From Gemmatimonadales bacterium (lineage in GTDB: Bacteria > Gemmatimonadota > Gemmatimonadetes > Gemmatimonadales > GWC2-71-9), in contig DATBJH010000125.1 of assembly GCA_036556505.1 (NCBI GenBank), forward strand, positions 4,003 to 68,002: DNA of 64,000 nucleotides, given 5' to 3'. This document shows, piece after piece, positions 9,391 to 19,400 of this stretch; the stretch's first letter is position 1; each line of letters starts with the position of its first letter. The notes below the pieces were generated by a model. It did no database searches. It saw only the letters and a program-made list of their open reading frames with translations, and had not been told where the DNA came from. The translations under genes and the position numbers were made by a program.

Positions 9391-10671
9391 ATGCAGCGCA
9401 AGCTCCGTTGGTCCTGGCTGGGCGCCGTGGCGCTGGCTGCCGGCCCCACCCTCGCCACCGCCCAGGATCCCAGCGCCCAGGACACTCTACCGCGGGGCAC
9501 CGCGGCGCAGGACTCGGTCGCGCCGGTCGTGGTCGCGCCGGTCGTCATTCCGATGGCGGCCCCGCGCGATACCGGCACCCAGAGCCACACCGTCCGCGAA
9601 GGCGATACGCTCTGGGACCTGGCGCGCACCTACAAGGGCGATCCGTTCCTCTGGCCCGACATCTACCGGCTGAACACCAGCGTGGTGGAGGATCCGCACT
9701 GGATCTACCCGGGTGAGGTGCTGCTGCTCTCCGGCACCGCTGCCGTGGCTGCGGTTCCGGCCGAGGATACGCCGCCGCCTCCCGCCGCCGACAGCGCGTC
9801 GATGGTAGACCAGGCCGCGGAGTCGCCCGAGGCGGGCACCGAGGCGGATCCTGAGCCGCCGGCCAGCCTCGCCTCTCTGACCGAGGCGCCTCCGGCGTCG
9901 GATCAGCCGGCGCCGCTCTTCGGGCCCACGCCCGGACAGTCGATGAAGGAAATGATGCGCGCCTACACCGAGCAGCCGTATCGGCCGCTCCGGCGCAGCG
10001 AGTTCCACTCGTCCGGATTCCTGACCGAGGGTCAGAAGCTGCCCTACGGGACGGTTCGCGGCAGCGTCACGCCCCCGCAGATCCGGGCCACGCCGAGCAA
10101 CAGCAATGCGCTGCCCTACACCCTGGTGTCGGTTTCGGCCCCGAAGGGTGCCACCTACCAGGTGGGCGACAGCCTGTTGTCCGTCGTGGTCGGGCGAGAG
10201 GTGCGCGGCTATGGCAACGTGATCCAGCCGAGCGGCATCCTCCAGGTGGTGGACACTGCCGACGGCCAGTACGTCGCCAGCGTCGTGGCAGTCTACGGCA
10301 CGATCCGCGGCGGGCAGAGCGTGCTGCCGCTGGAGCAGTTCGGCGAGCCGGGGAAAGCCCGCGCCGTGCCGGTGAGCGACGGCGTGCGCGCCACCCTGCT
10401 CGGCGGCACCGGGCGACAGGATCTCAAGGCGCCGCAGATGGTGATCTTCCTCGACAAGGGCCGTCAGGCGGGTGTTGCCCCGGGCGACCTGTTCGAGATC
10501 CGTCGCCAGCCCGAGCGGCTCGACGACGGCACCGTGCGGGTGGACGACGTCATGGCCACCTTGCAGGTGGTGCACGTCCGCGATCACACCGCCACCGCGC
10601 GGGTGCTGAACGTCATATCGCCCGACATCCCGACGGGCACCGAAGCGAGGCAGGTGGCGAAGCTGCCGTAA
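9391..10671 (+). CDS. Secreted LysM protein, TsaP-like (type IV pilus secretin-associated) architecture
   Basis: Signal peptide (ATA-Q), LysM HTVREGDTLWDLA...LWPDIY...PHWIYPGE, Pro/Ala linker, C-terminal FLDKGRQAGVAPGDLFEI domain. Confidence 0.75.
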   Translation: MQRKLRWSWLGAVALAAGPTLATAQDPSAQDTLPRGTAAQDSVAPVVVAPVVIPMAAPRDTGTQSHTVREGDTLWDLARTYKGDPFLWPDIYRLNTSVVEDPHWIYPGEVLLLSGTAAVAAVPAEDTPPPPAADSASMVDQAAESPEAGTEADPEPPASLASLTEAPPASDQPAPLFGPTPGQSMKEMMRAYTEQPYRPLRRSEFHSSGFLTEGQKLPYGTVRGSVTPPQIRATPSNSNALPYTLVSVSAPKGATYQVGDSLLSVVVGREVRGYGNVIQPSGILQVVDTADGQYVASVVAVYGTIRGGQSVLPLEQFGEPGKARAVPVSDGVRATLLGGTGRQDLKAPQMVIFLDKGRQAGVAPGDLFEIRRQPERLDDGTVRVDDVMATLQVVHVRDHTATARVLNVISPDIPTGTEARQVAKLP

Positions 10672-10690
10672 CACCGGGACGCCACTTGAT

Positions 10691-10730
10691 GTGCAGCGGG
10701 GCGGGGGCTTCGGCCTCCGCCCCGCTGCAC
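10691..10730 (+). terminator. Strong stem-loop with cUUCGg tetraloop after the LysM gene
   Basis: GTGCAGCGGGGCGGGGGC-TTCG-GCCTCCGCCCCGCTGCAC, 18-bp stem (one G-U pair); no U-tract. Confidence 0.65.
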
Positions 10731-10895
10731 GTCATGGAATAGGCGTCTGTTTCCTGGTCACCCGGGCCCACACCCTTACGCGGAACCCGAAGCCGCGCCC
10801 TACCGTCCGACCGCTACACCTCTCTACATTGCGGGCGGTTTCGCAGCCTCCCCCGAGCACATGGATTCTGGAGCGCACACGATGAGACGCAGCGA

Positions 10896-11846
10896 ATGAG
10901 CGGCCGAGTTCTGGTCACCGGCGGCGCAGGCTTCATCGGCTCCCACATCGCGGAAGCCTACCTGGCCGCCGGTTGGGAGGTCGTCGTCCTCGACGATCTC
11001 TCCCGCGGCCACCAACGCAACGTCCCGTCCGGTGCCCGGTTGGTCCGGGCCGACATCCGCTCTCCGGAGGCCCGCAAGCTGCTCGCAGAGGATGGCTTCA
11101 CGGTGCTGAATCACCACGCGGCCCAGATCGACGTCCGGGTCTCGGTGGACGAGCCGGCGCTCGACGCGTCGATCAACGTGGTCGGTCTGGCGAACCTGCT
11201 CGAGGGAGCGGGCGCCGGTGGGGTGAAGCGGGTCGTGTTCGCGAGCAGCGGCGGAGTGGTCTACGGGGATCCCGAGGTGGTTCCCACACCGGAGACGGCC
11301 CCCAAGGCCCCGATCTCTCCCTATGGCGTCAGCAAGCTCTCCGGGGAGTACTATCTCCGCGCGCTCGCGGCCCTGCGCGGCTTCGAGGCGGTGGCCATGC
11401 GCTACGCCAACGTGTTCGGTCCGCGGCAGGACCCGAAGTCCGAGGCCGGAGTGGTCTCGATCTTCGTCTCCCGGCTGCTGGAGCAGCGGCCGCTCACGGT
11501 GTTCGGCAACGGGCTCCAGACCCGGGACTACATCTTCGTGCGCGATGTCGCGCGGGCGAACGTGCTGGCCAGCACCGCTCCGGTTCCCGCGGGCACCACT
11601 ATCGACGACACCGCCTTCAACATCGCGACCGCCAAACAGACCAACGTGCTCGAGCTGGCGGAGCTGGTGGGGAAGGTGATGGGGCAGAAGCCGACGATCG
11701 AGATGGCCCCCGCGAGGCCGGGCGAGCTGTTCCGCAGCTCACTCGACATCGCCAAGGCCGGGAGGGTCCTGGGCTGGAAGCCGCAGAGCGGGTTCGACGA
11801 CGGGCTTCCCCAACTGGTGGACTGGTTCCGGAAGGAGGGACGGTGA
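10896..11846 (+). CDS. NAD-dependent nucleotide-sugar epimerase/dehydratase (UDP-glucose 4-epimerase-like)
   Basis: TGGAGFIGSH, SPYGVSK (YxxxK), RYANVFGPRQ, TRDYIFV. Confidence 0.9.
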   Translation: MSGRVLVTGGAGFIGSHIAEAYLAAGWEVVVLDDLSRGHQRNVPSGARLVRADIRSPEARKLLAEDGFTVLNHHAAQIDVRVSVDEPALDASINVVGLANLLEGAGAGGVKRVVFASSGGVVYGDPEVVPTPETAPKAPISPYGVSKLSGEYYLRALAALRGFEAVAMRYANVFGPRQDPKSEAGVVSIFVSRLLEQRPLTVFGNGLQTRDYIFVRDVARANVLASTAPVPAGTTIDDTAFNIATAKQTNVLELAELVGKVMGQKPTIEMAPARPGELFRSSLDIAKAGRVLGWKPQSGFDDGLPQLVDWFRKEGR

Positions 11847-12556
11847 TCCTTCAGGCCGGGGGCGCCGTCCCCCGCACCCCGATCGAGCTGGTGCTCACCG
11901 CCAGCCTCGAGACCAAGATCGTCCTGATCATCACGATGATCTTTTCCCTGGTCTCCTGGTTCATCATCATTCTCAAGTGGTGGCAGTTCCGCCGGCTCAA
12001 CCGCCAGGCGGACCGCTTCTTCGCCGAGATGGAGCGGACGACGCGGCTGCAGGACGCGTATCACGCGGTGATGAAGCAGCCGCCGTCGCCGTACAACCGG
12101 CTCTTCCGCGAGGCGATCACCTTCTACTCCGAGCTGCGCCCGGGCGCGCTGCGGGAGGAGCGCGGCGCCGACCGGAGCTCGCTCTCCATGACCCAGCTCG
12201 AGGCGCTCAAGATGGTGCTGGGGAAGGAGGTCGCGGCCGAGCGGGACCTGTTGGGGCACTATATCCCCTGGCTGGCGACCATCGGCTCGGTGAGCCCGCT
12301 ACTCGGCCTGCTGGGCACCACCATCGGTATCATCAACGCCTTCACCGGCATCGCCACCAAGGGGTCGGGCAACCTCGCGGCAGTCGCGCCCGGCGTCGCG
12401 GAGGCGCTGGTGGCCACCTTCGCCGGCCTGGCCGCCGCTATTCCGGCGGTGATCGCCTACAACCTGTACGTCAATCGGGTGCGACTCTTCGCCGGCGAGC
12501 TCGAGGGTTTCGCCAACGAGCTGGTGGGCACGATGGCCCGGGAAGGACTGGTCTAG
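11843..12556 (+). CDS. tolQ: TolQ (MotA/TolQ/ExbB family)
   Basis: LATIGSVSPLLGLLGT, VAPGVAEALVAT..GL..AIPAVIAYN; operon position. Confidence 0.9.
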   Translation: MILQAGGAVPRTPIELVLTASLETKIVLIITMIFSLVSWFIIILKWWQFRRLNRQADRFFAEMERTTRLQDAYHAVMKQPPSPYNRLFREAITFYSELRPGALREERGADRSSLSMTQLEALKMVLGKEVAAERDLLGHYIPWLATIGSVSPLLGLLGTTIGIINAFTGIATKGSGNLAAVAPGVAEALVATFAGLAAAIPAVIAYNLYVNRVRLFAGELEGFANELVGTMAREGLV

Positions 12557-12988
12557 ATGGCGTCGGGTCTCGGCGGCGGTCTCGGCAGTCAGCGCGGCGA
12601 GCTGCCCCTCATGGCAGACGTCAACGTCACCTCGCTGGTGGACGTGATGCTGGTGCTCCTCATCGTCTTCATGATCACGGCACCGATGATGCAGGGTGGG
12701 GTGGACGTCGAGCTTCCCAGGGCGGAAGCGCGGCCGCTGTCCCCCAAGGAAGGCATGGTGGTGTCCGTGAATCGGGACGGCCGCATCTTCGTGGATCAGA
12801 CCCCCGTGTCCTATCGCGACTTCCGGGTCACCTTCAAGTCCCTGGTCGCCACCCGGAAGCCCAGCGGCGTGTACCTCCAGGCCGACACCCGGGTACCGTA
12901 CGGCGAAGTCGTGCGGGTCCTGGCGATCATCCGGGCTGCCGGTGTGGCGAACGTGGGTCTTGTCGCGCAGGAGGAAGAGGCGTCGTGA
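12557..12988 (+). CDS. tolR: TolR (ExbD/TolR family)
   Basis: NVTSLVDVMLVLLIVFMITAP, VDVELP, AD..VPYG. Confidence 0.9.
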   Translation: MASGLGGGLGSQRGELPLMADVNVTSLVDVMLVLLIVFMITAPMMQGGVDVELPRAEARPLSPKEGMVVSVNRDGRIFVDQTPVSYRDFRVTFKSLVATRKPSGVYLQADTRVPYGEVVRVLAIIRAAGVANVGLVAQEEEAS

Positions 12989-13683
12989 AGCTGCGGGCGC
13001 CGGATCGGGGAGATCCGCGCGGCAAGCTGGCCGGCTGGATCGGCACCGTGGTGGTGCACGCGGGCGCGGCGCTGTTCCTGGTCAGCCAGGTGCGCACCTC
13101 CACCGCCACGCCGCCGGTGTACGCCGTGAACCTGGTGGCGGCGCCGGCACCCACCGAGCGGCGGCGGATCGCGCGCGAAGCGATTCCCACGCCGCCGCAG
13201 GAGAAACCGGCGCCGGTGAAGCCGAGCCCCAAGCCGCCGCCGAAGGCGCCGCCCAAGCCGGCGCCCAAGCCTCCGGCCCCGACCCCGCCGGATCGGGAGG
13301 CCCCGGCGCCGACGCAGGCCCCGGTCACTCCGGCCGAAGGGGAGACCCCCAGCACCGGCACCGATGTGGTCACCATCAAGACGCCGGGACTCGAGTTCCC
13401 CTATCCCGAGTACCTGCGGAACATCGTGAACCAGATCTACACCCGGTGGGACCGCGAAGAAGCTCGGGGCAACCGGTTCGCCGAGATCAGCTTCCTGATC
13501 CGGCGGGACGGCTCGGTGCACGACATCCGGTTCGTCACTCGCTCGGGGAGCTTCGCCTTCGACCTCAGCGCCCAGGGCGCGATCGAGGCTGCGGGCAACT
13601 CTTTCGCGTTCGGGCAGCTGCCCGACGGCTGGGACGCCGACGTGCTCCCGGTGAGCTTCTACTTCAAGCCCGCGGATCAATGA
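12985..13683 (+). CDS. tolA: TolA/TonB-like energy transducer
   Basis: N-terminal TM with His, Pro/Lys-rich linker, TonB_2-like C-terminus (FLIRRDG...SGSFAFDLSA); lies between tolR and tolB. Confidence 0.8.
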   Translation: MKLRAPDRGDPRGKLAGWIGTVVVHAGAALFLVSQVRTSTATPPVYAVNLVAAPAPTERRRIAREAIPTPPQEKPAPVKPSPKPPPKAPPKPAPKPPAPTPPDREAPAPTQAPVTPAEGETPSTGTDVVTIKTPGLEFPYPEYLRNIVNQIYTRWDREEARGNRFAEISFLIRRDGSVHDIRFVTRSGSFAFDLSAQGAIEAAGNSFAFGQLPDGWDADVLPVSFYFKPADQ

Positions 13684-15002
13684 GACGACTGCCCCTCATC
13701 CTACTGCCCGTTCTTGCCGCCGCACCGCTGGCCGCACAGGACACCACCGTCACCAAGGACCAGCCCGTCCGCATCGGTGTCGACTACGCCGTGAACCGTC
13801 CGGGTCTGGTAGTGCTCCCGGGTGCCGGACTCGACTCGGTGCGCGCCATCGTCCGGCGGGACCTGGACTACACCGACCGGTTCGAGATGCTGGGGGACTT
13901 CGCCTCCACCGACCCGGGGAGCTCGGCGAGCCCGGGCTCATCGGTGAACTACGGGATCTACAAGACGATGGGCGCCCAGCTCGGGGTCGAGCTCAACGCC
14001 GCTCCCGGTGGGGTCACCGCCCGGCTGCACGACATCAACGGCCAGAAGGTGCGGAACACCCAGTCATTCACCCTGCCGGCCGAGACCGACGCGGAGTACC
14101 GGATGGAGGTGCACCGGGTCTCGGACGAGATCGCCCGGTGGGCCAGCGGCACCGCGGGCATGGCCGCGACCCGCTTTCTCTTCGTCTCCAACGGCCGGGT
14201 GTTCCGGATCGACAGCGACGGCGAGGAGGCGGTGGCGCTCACGCCGGAGGGCATGACGGCGCTCTCGCCGGTGTGGTCGCCCGACGGACGCACCATCGCC
14301 TACACCCGGCTCGAGGGCGGGCGCGGCGGCGTGATCGTGCAGTCGCTGGCCGGCGGCGGCTCCCAGGTGGCGCCGGGAGCGCAGAGCGGGCTCAACATCA
14401 CGCCCGCCTTCTCGCCCGACGGCCGGACGCTCGCGTTCGCGCGCTCCGACGAGAGCGGCACCGACATTTTCACCGCGAACTATGTCGATCGCTGCTGCGC
14501 GCAACGCTTGACCGTGGGACGCTTCGCTGACAACTTGTCACCAACCTTTTCCCCCGACGGCCGACGCATCGCGTTCGTATCCACGCGCTCGGGCCCGCCC
14601 CAGATCTATGTGATGGCCGCGAACGGCACCGACCAGGAGTTGCTGGCGCCGTTCGATTACGGCGCGACCGGCGCCTCCAACGCGCCCGAGTGGTCGCCCG
14701 ACGGAGCGAGGGTCGTCTTCCACCGCGACGTCCGCAATGTCACGCTGGCCCCCCAGATCTTTCTGGTGGACGTCGCGGGGCGTCGCGTCACCCAGCTCAC
14801 CTCGTCGGGCCGCAACGAGGACCCGACGTGGGGCCCCGACGGCCGCCACATTGCGTTCATCTCGGATCGCACCGGACGGCGGCAGATCTGGATCATCGAC
14901 ACCGAAACCGGCCGGGTACGGCAGCTCCAGACGCCAGGAGCGGCCCGGCTTCCCGCGTGGTCCCGGCGCCTCGGCCGGGCCACGGTCGCCTCGAACCCAT
15001 GA
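13680..15002 (+). CDS. tolB: TolB beta-propeller protein
   Basis: Signal peptide, repeated PxW/FSPDG (PD40) motifs. Confidence 0.92.
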   Translation: MRRLPLILLPVLAAAPLAAQDTTVTKDQPVRIGVDYAVNRPGLVVLPGAGLDSVRAIVRRDLDYTDRFEMLGDFASTDPGSSASPGSSVNYGIYKTMGAQLGVELNAAPGGVTARLHDINGQKVRNTQSFTLPAETDAEYRMEVHRVSDEIARWASGTAGMAATRFLFVSNGRVFRIDSDGEEAVALTPEGMTALSPVWSPDGRTIAYTRLEGGRGGVIVQSLAGGGSQVAPGAQSGLNITPAFSPDGRTLAFARSDESGTDIFTANYVDRCCAQRLTVGRFADNLSPTFSPDGRRIAFVSTRSGPPQIYVMAANGTDQELLAPFDYGATGASNAPEWSPDGARVVFHRDVRNVTLAPQIFLVDVAGRRVTQLTSSGRNEDPTWGPDGRHIAFISDRTGRRQIWIIDTETGRVRQLQTPGAARLPAWSRRLGRATVASNP

Positions 15003-15012
15003 ACCCGGAGTG

Positions 15013-15585
15013 ATGATGCGCGCTTCTTCCCTGATGCTCCTGGCTTCCTTCGCGCTGGCCGCCTGCGGCGGCGGCAACCCGCCCGAAGAGCCGGCCCCCG
15101 AGCCCGCTCCCGCCCCCGCCCCGCCGCCGGCTCCCGCGCCCGTGGACGACAGCGCCGAGCGGGAGCGTCTCGAGCGCGAGCGGATGGAGCGCGAGGCGGC
15201 CGAGCGCGCCCGGGCGCTGGCCGCGGAGCTGGGCACGATGATCAACTTCGAGTTCGACAAGGCCGACATCCGCTCCGCCGATCAGGGAACCCTGGACCGC
15301 AAGGCCGCCATCCTCGCCGCCAACACCAACGTGCGGATCCGCATCGCGGGTCACGCGGACGATCGCGGATCCGACGAGTACAACCTCGCGCTCGGTAACC
15401 GGCGCGCGGCGGCGGCCAAGCGCTATCTCGAGAGCAAGGGCGTGGACGGCTCCCGGGTCGAGGTGGTGTCGTACGGGGAGGAGCGTCCGCTCAACCCCGG
15501 CTCCGACGAGGCGGCCTACGCCCAGAACCGGCGCGACGAGTTCGAGGTGACCGCCGGCGGTGACAACCTCGTCGCACCCCAGTGA
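15013..15585 (+). CDS. pal: Peptidoglycan-associated lipoprotein Pal
   Basis: LAAC lipobox, FEFDKA, GHADDRGSDEYNLALGNRRA, NRR. Confidence 0.95.
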   Translation: MMRASSLMLLASFALAACGGGNPPEEPAPEPAPAPAPPPAPAPVDDSAERERLERERMEREAAERARALAAELGTMINFEFDKADIRSADQGTLDRKAAILAANTNVRIRIAGHADDRGSDEYNLALGNRRAAAAKRYLESKGVDGSRVEVVSYGEERPLNPGSDEAAYAQNRRDEFEVTAGGDNLVAPQ

Positions 15586-16382
15586 GACCGCGTCTCGGTC
15601 GTCTGACGGGCATCCTCGCCCCCGCGCTGGTCGCGGGGGCGGGACTCGGGGGGTGTGGCGCCTCGAAGAACGACGTGCAGATGGTGCAGGGCGAAGTGGT
15701 GCTGCTGAAGGCGGAGATGGCCCGGCGCGACTCGGCCCGCGCAGCCCAGCTCGATCAGGTCATCCAGGTGCAGCGGCAGATCATGGACTCACTCAACGCG
15801 ACCCGGCGCTCGGTGGCGCAGGTCCGAGGCGACCTTTCCAGCGATCTGTACAACATCCAGCAGCAGCTGGTGCAGCTGCAGGAGCTCACCGGCCAGAGCC
15901 AGCAACGGCTGACCGAGCTCCGCACCCGGCTGGAAGCGCGCGGCGCGCAGATGGAGGCCTCGCCGGTGCCGGGGGACAGCGCGCGACCCACGGGCCAAGG
16001 CGGTGCCGCGTCGGCGGATCAGATGTACGAGGCGTCGCTGGCGCAGCTCCGGCGCGGCAGTCTCTCCACCGCCCGACTGGGGCTGCGCGAGATGCTCCGG
16101 CAGTATCCCACCAGCGAGCGGGCGCCCGACGCGCTCTACTTCATCGGCCAGAGCTTCGCGTCGGAGAACCCCGACTCGGCGGCCGCCTACTACCGCGAGG
16201 TGGTGGACAAGTATCCCACGTCGCCTCGGGCCGCGGCCGCGCTCTACAACCTCGGCCTCCTGGCCGAGCGGCGGAAGGACATGGCGGGCGCGCGAGACGC
16301 GTACCAGCGGGTAACCCAGAAGTACCCGCAGTCCGACGAGGCCGCTCTGGCCCGCGACCGACTGAAGGCGCTCGGGCGCTGA
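15582..16382 (+). CDS. cpoB: CpoB/YbgF tol-pal TPR protein (lipoprotein-like)
   Basis: Coiled coil plus TPRs (YPTSERAPDALY); directly follows pal. Confidence 0.85.
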   Translation: MRPRLGRLTGILAPALVAGAGLGGCGASKNDVQMVQGEVVLLKAEMARRDSARAAQLDQVIQVQRQIMDSLNATRRSVAQVRGDLSSDLYNIQQQLVQLQELTGQSQQRLTELRTRLEARGAQMEASPVPGDSARPTGQGGAASADQMYEASLAQLRRGSLSTARLGLREMLRQYPTSERAPDALYFIGQSFASENPDSAAAYYREVVDKYPTSPRAAAALYNLGLLAERRKDMAGARDAYQRVTQKYPQSDEAALARDRLKALGR

Positions 16383-16404
16383 GCCCGGGCGCCCGCCCAC
16401 CCCC

Positions 16405-19400
16405 ATGACCGGTTCCGCGGGGGAGATGCCGTTCCTCGATCACCTCGAGGAACTGCGCCTGCGCATCCTGCGGTCGCTGGCCGCCGTGGTGGTGGGCTTC
16501 GCCGTGGGGCTCTGGGCGGTGGAGCGGTTCCAGCTGGTCAACGTCCTCAAGGCCCCGATCGCCAAGTATCTCCCCGCCGGCAAGCTGATCGTCACCAGCC
16601 CGACCGAGCCCCTGATGATCGTGCTCAAGCTCGGGTTCGTGGTCGGGCTGGTGCTCGCCTCCCCGATCATCCTCTGGCAGCTGTGGGCCTTCCTCGCCCC
16701 CGCGCTCTACGAGCGGGAGAAGAAGGCGCTGGTACCCTCGCTCTTCATCGGGCTGTTCCTGTTCCTCACCGGCGCCACCCTGGCGTACCTGCTCGTGGTA
16801 CCGCAGGCGCTCCGGGTGCTGTTCAGCTTCCAGAGCGAGGCCATCGCGCCCTTCATCACCTACGACGCCTGGTTCGGCTTCGTGCTCCAGGTCGTGCTGG
16901 CGCTGGGGATCTCGTTCGAGCTGCCGCTGGTGATGGTGATTCTCTCCTGGCTGGGGGTGATCGGACCCGGGGAGCTGCACCGGTTCCGGCGCTACGCCAT
17001 CGTGGGCTCGTTCCTCGCCGGGGCCGTCCTTTCGCCGGGGGCCGACCTGCTCTCGATGATCATGATGACGGTGCCGCTGCTCTTCCTGTATGAGGTGGGT
17101 GTGGCCGGCTCCGCGCTGGTGCATCGGCGCCGGCGGAAGGAGGCGGCGATGGCGGCGCTGGCACTGTTCGCGCTGGGTCTGAGCGCGACGCCGGCCCCGG
17201 CCCAGGAGCCGGTCCGCCCCGGCCGGCCGACCGCGGACTCGCTCCGCGCCGCCGAGGCCGGCCTCGAGGACGAGGGCGACCTGGAGGGCCGCCCGGGTCA
17301 GTCACTCGACAGCGCCACGGCCAGACGGCTCGGACTGCCCACCTCGCCGTCCCGCAGCTTCGCCCAGCCCGACTCGGTGGTGAACGCGCTGATGAACCGG
17401 CGGGGCTACCGGCCCACGCGCTATCGCGCCGACTCGGCGACGGTGTTCGTAGAGCGGCAGGAGGTGCAGCTCCAGGGCGAGGCTCTCACCGAGCGCCAGG
17501 GCGCGCTGCTGGAGGCCGACTCGATCACCTACCGCCGCAACAGCTGCCTGCTCGCGGCCTCCGGCGACCCGCACCTGTTCGACCAGGGGCAGGTGCTGGT
17601 GGGGGAGGGGATCAGCTATGACGTCTGCCGCCGGCGCGGAATGATCCGGGACGCCCTCACCAACTTCAACGAGGGCTCCACCGTCTGGTTCCTGCGGGGG
17701 AACGTGGCGCAGGACTCCAGCTCCAGCCGGATCTACGCCGGATCGAGCGACATCACCAGCTGCGACCTGCCGTCCCCCCACTATCACTTCTCCTCCCGGC
17801 AGATGAAGTGGATCTCCCGCTCGGTGATGGTGGCGCGGCCGGTGACACTCTACGTGCGGGACGTCCCCGTGCTCTGGCTGCCCTTCATCTTCCAGGACAT
17901 GCGGCCGGGACGGCACTCCGGCATCCTGATTCCCCAGTTCGGCATCAACGACCTGGTGCGTCCCACCCCCGGCTACAACCGCCAGGTGGCGAACCTGGGC
18001 TACTACTGGGCGCCGAACGACTACCTGGATTTCACCGCCCGGCTGGACTGGTTCGCCAACCGCTACGTGCAGTACGGCGTCACCGGCCAGTACCGGTTGC
18101 TCAACCGGTTCCTGGCGGGCACCCTGGGGTTCAACGAACAGCGGGAATCCGACGGAGGATCGGGATTCGCGGTGCGGTGGGATCACCGACAGCAGTTCAA
18201 CCTCTCCACCAGCCTGAACGTCGACTTCAACTACGCCAGCAACACGAACGTGGTGCGGGACAACGCCATCGATCCGCTGCAGAACACGCAGCAGATCACC
18301 AGCTCGGTCAACTTCTCCAAGCGCTACGGCTGGGGAACGGTGACCCTGGGTGGCAACCGCCGCCAGGACATCAACGACGGCGGCGTGCAGCAGCTGTTGC
18401 CGGCGGTGACGGTCTCTCCCGCGCCGCTCGCGGTGGCCTCCGACATCACCTGGTCGCCGGGGCTGAGCTTCACCAACAACACGACCTCCAACCCGGACGC
18501 GGACTCGCTCTTTCAGGTGCTGCCCGGCGGAGTCATCGACACCATCCCGCTGGACGAGGATCAGCGGGTCACCGCGCTCAACTTCGACACCCCGCTCCGG
18601 ATCGGGTCGTTCAACTGGCAGAACTCGATCCAGGCGACCGACCAGACCAGCACGGGCCTGGAGACGGAGACGCTCCGGATCGACGACCCGGCGAGCGACG
18701 ATCCGGCCGACTCGATCACCGTGCGCCGCACGTTCTCCAGCGATTTCGAGAGCACGCTGGACTGGAACACCGGGATCAACCTGCCGATTCTCTTTCGCGG
18801 GTCGTGGAAGCTTCAGCCCTCGCTCGGCATCTCCAACACGACGAGCGGGGCGTTCATGGTGCGCAACCGGAACACCAACGGCGACTGGGTCCACCAGGGC
18901 AAGCGGTTCCGCATCGGAGTGAGCTCCGCCCCCACGCTCTTCGGGTTCTACCCCGGGATCGGGCCGCTCCAGCGGATCCGGCACAGTTTCTCTCCGGTCA
19001 TCACCTACAGCTACGAGCCTTCGGCCGACGTCCCCGAGGAGTACGCGCGCGCCATCGCCCAGCCGGGACAGATCCCTCAGCTTCGCAGCCTGGCCCGACA
19101 GGCGCTCACGGTCGGGCTCTCGCAGACGTTCGAGGGGAAGCGGAAGCCGGAGGGTCTGGACACCAGCTCGGCGAACGCTCCGAAGCTCCGGCTGCTGAGC
19201 ATCAGCACCAGCCCGATGACCTACGACTTCGAGCAGGCGAAGCAGCCGGGCCGGACCGGCTGGGCCACGCAGTCGCTGACCAATACCTTCCTCAGCGACA
19301 TGCTGCCGGGATTCAGTCTTACCCTGAGCCACGATCTCTGGCGTGGCGTGGTGGGGCAGGACAGCTCCGACTTCGATCCCTTCCTGCAGCGGGTGGACGC

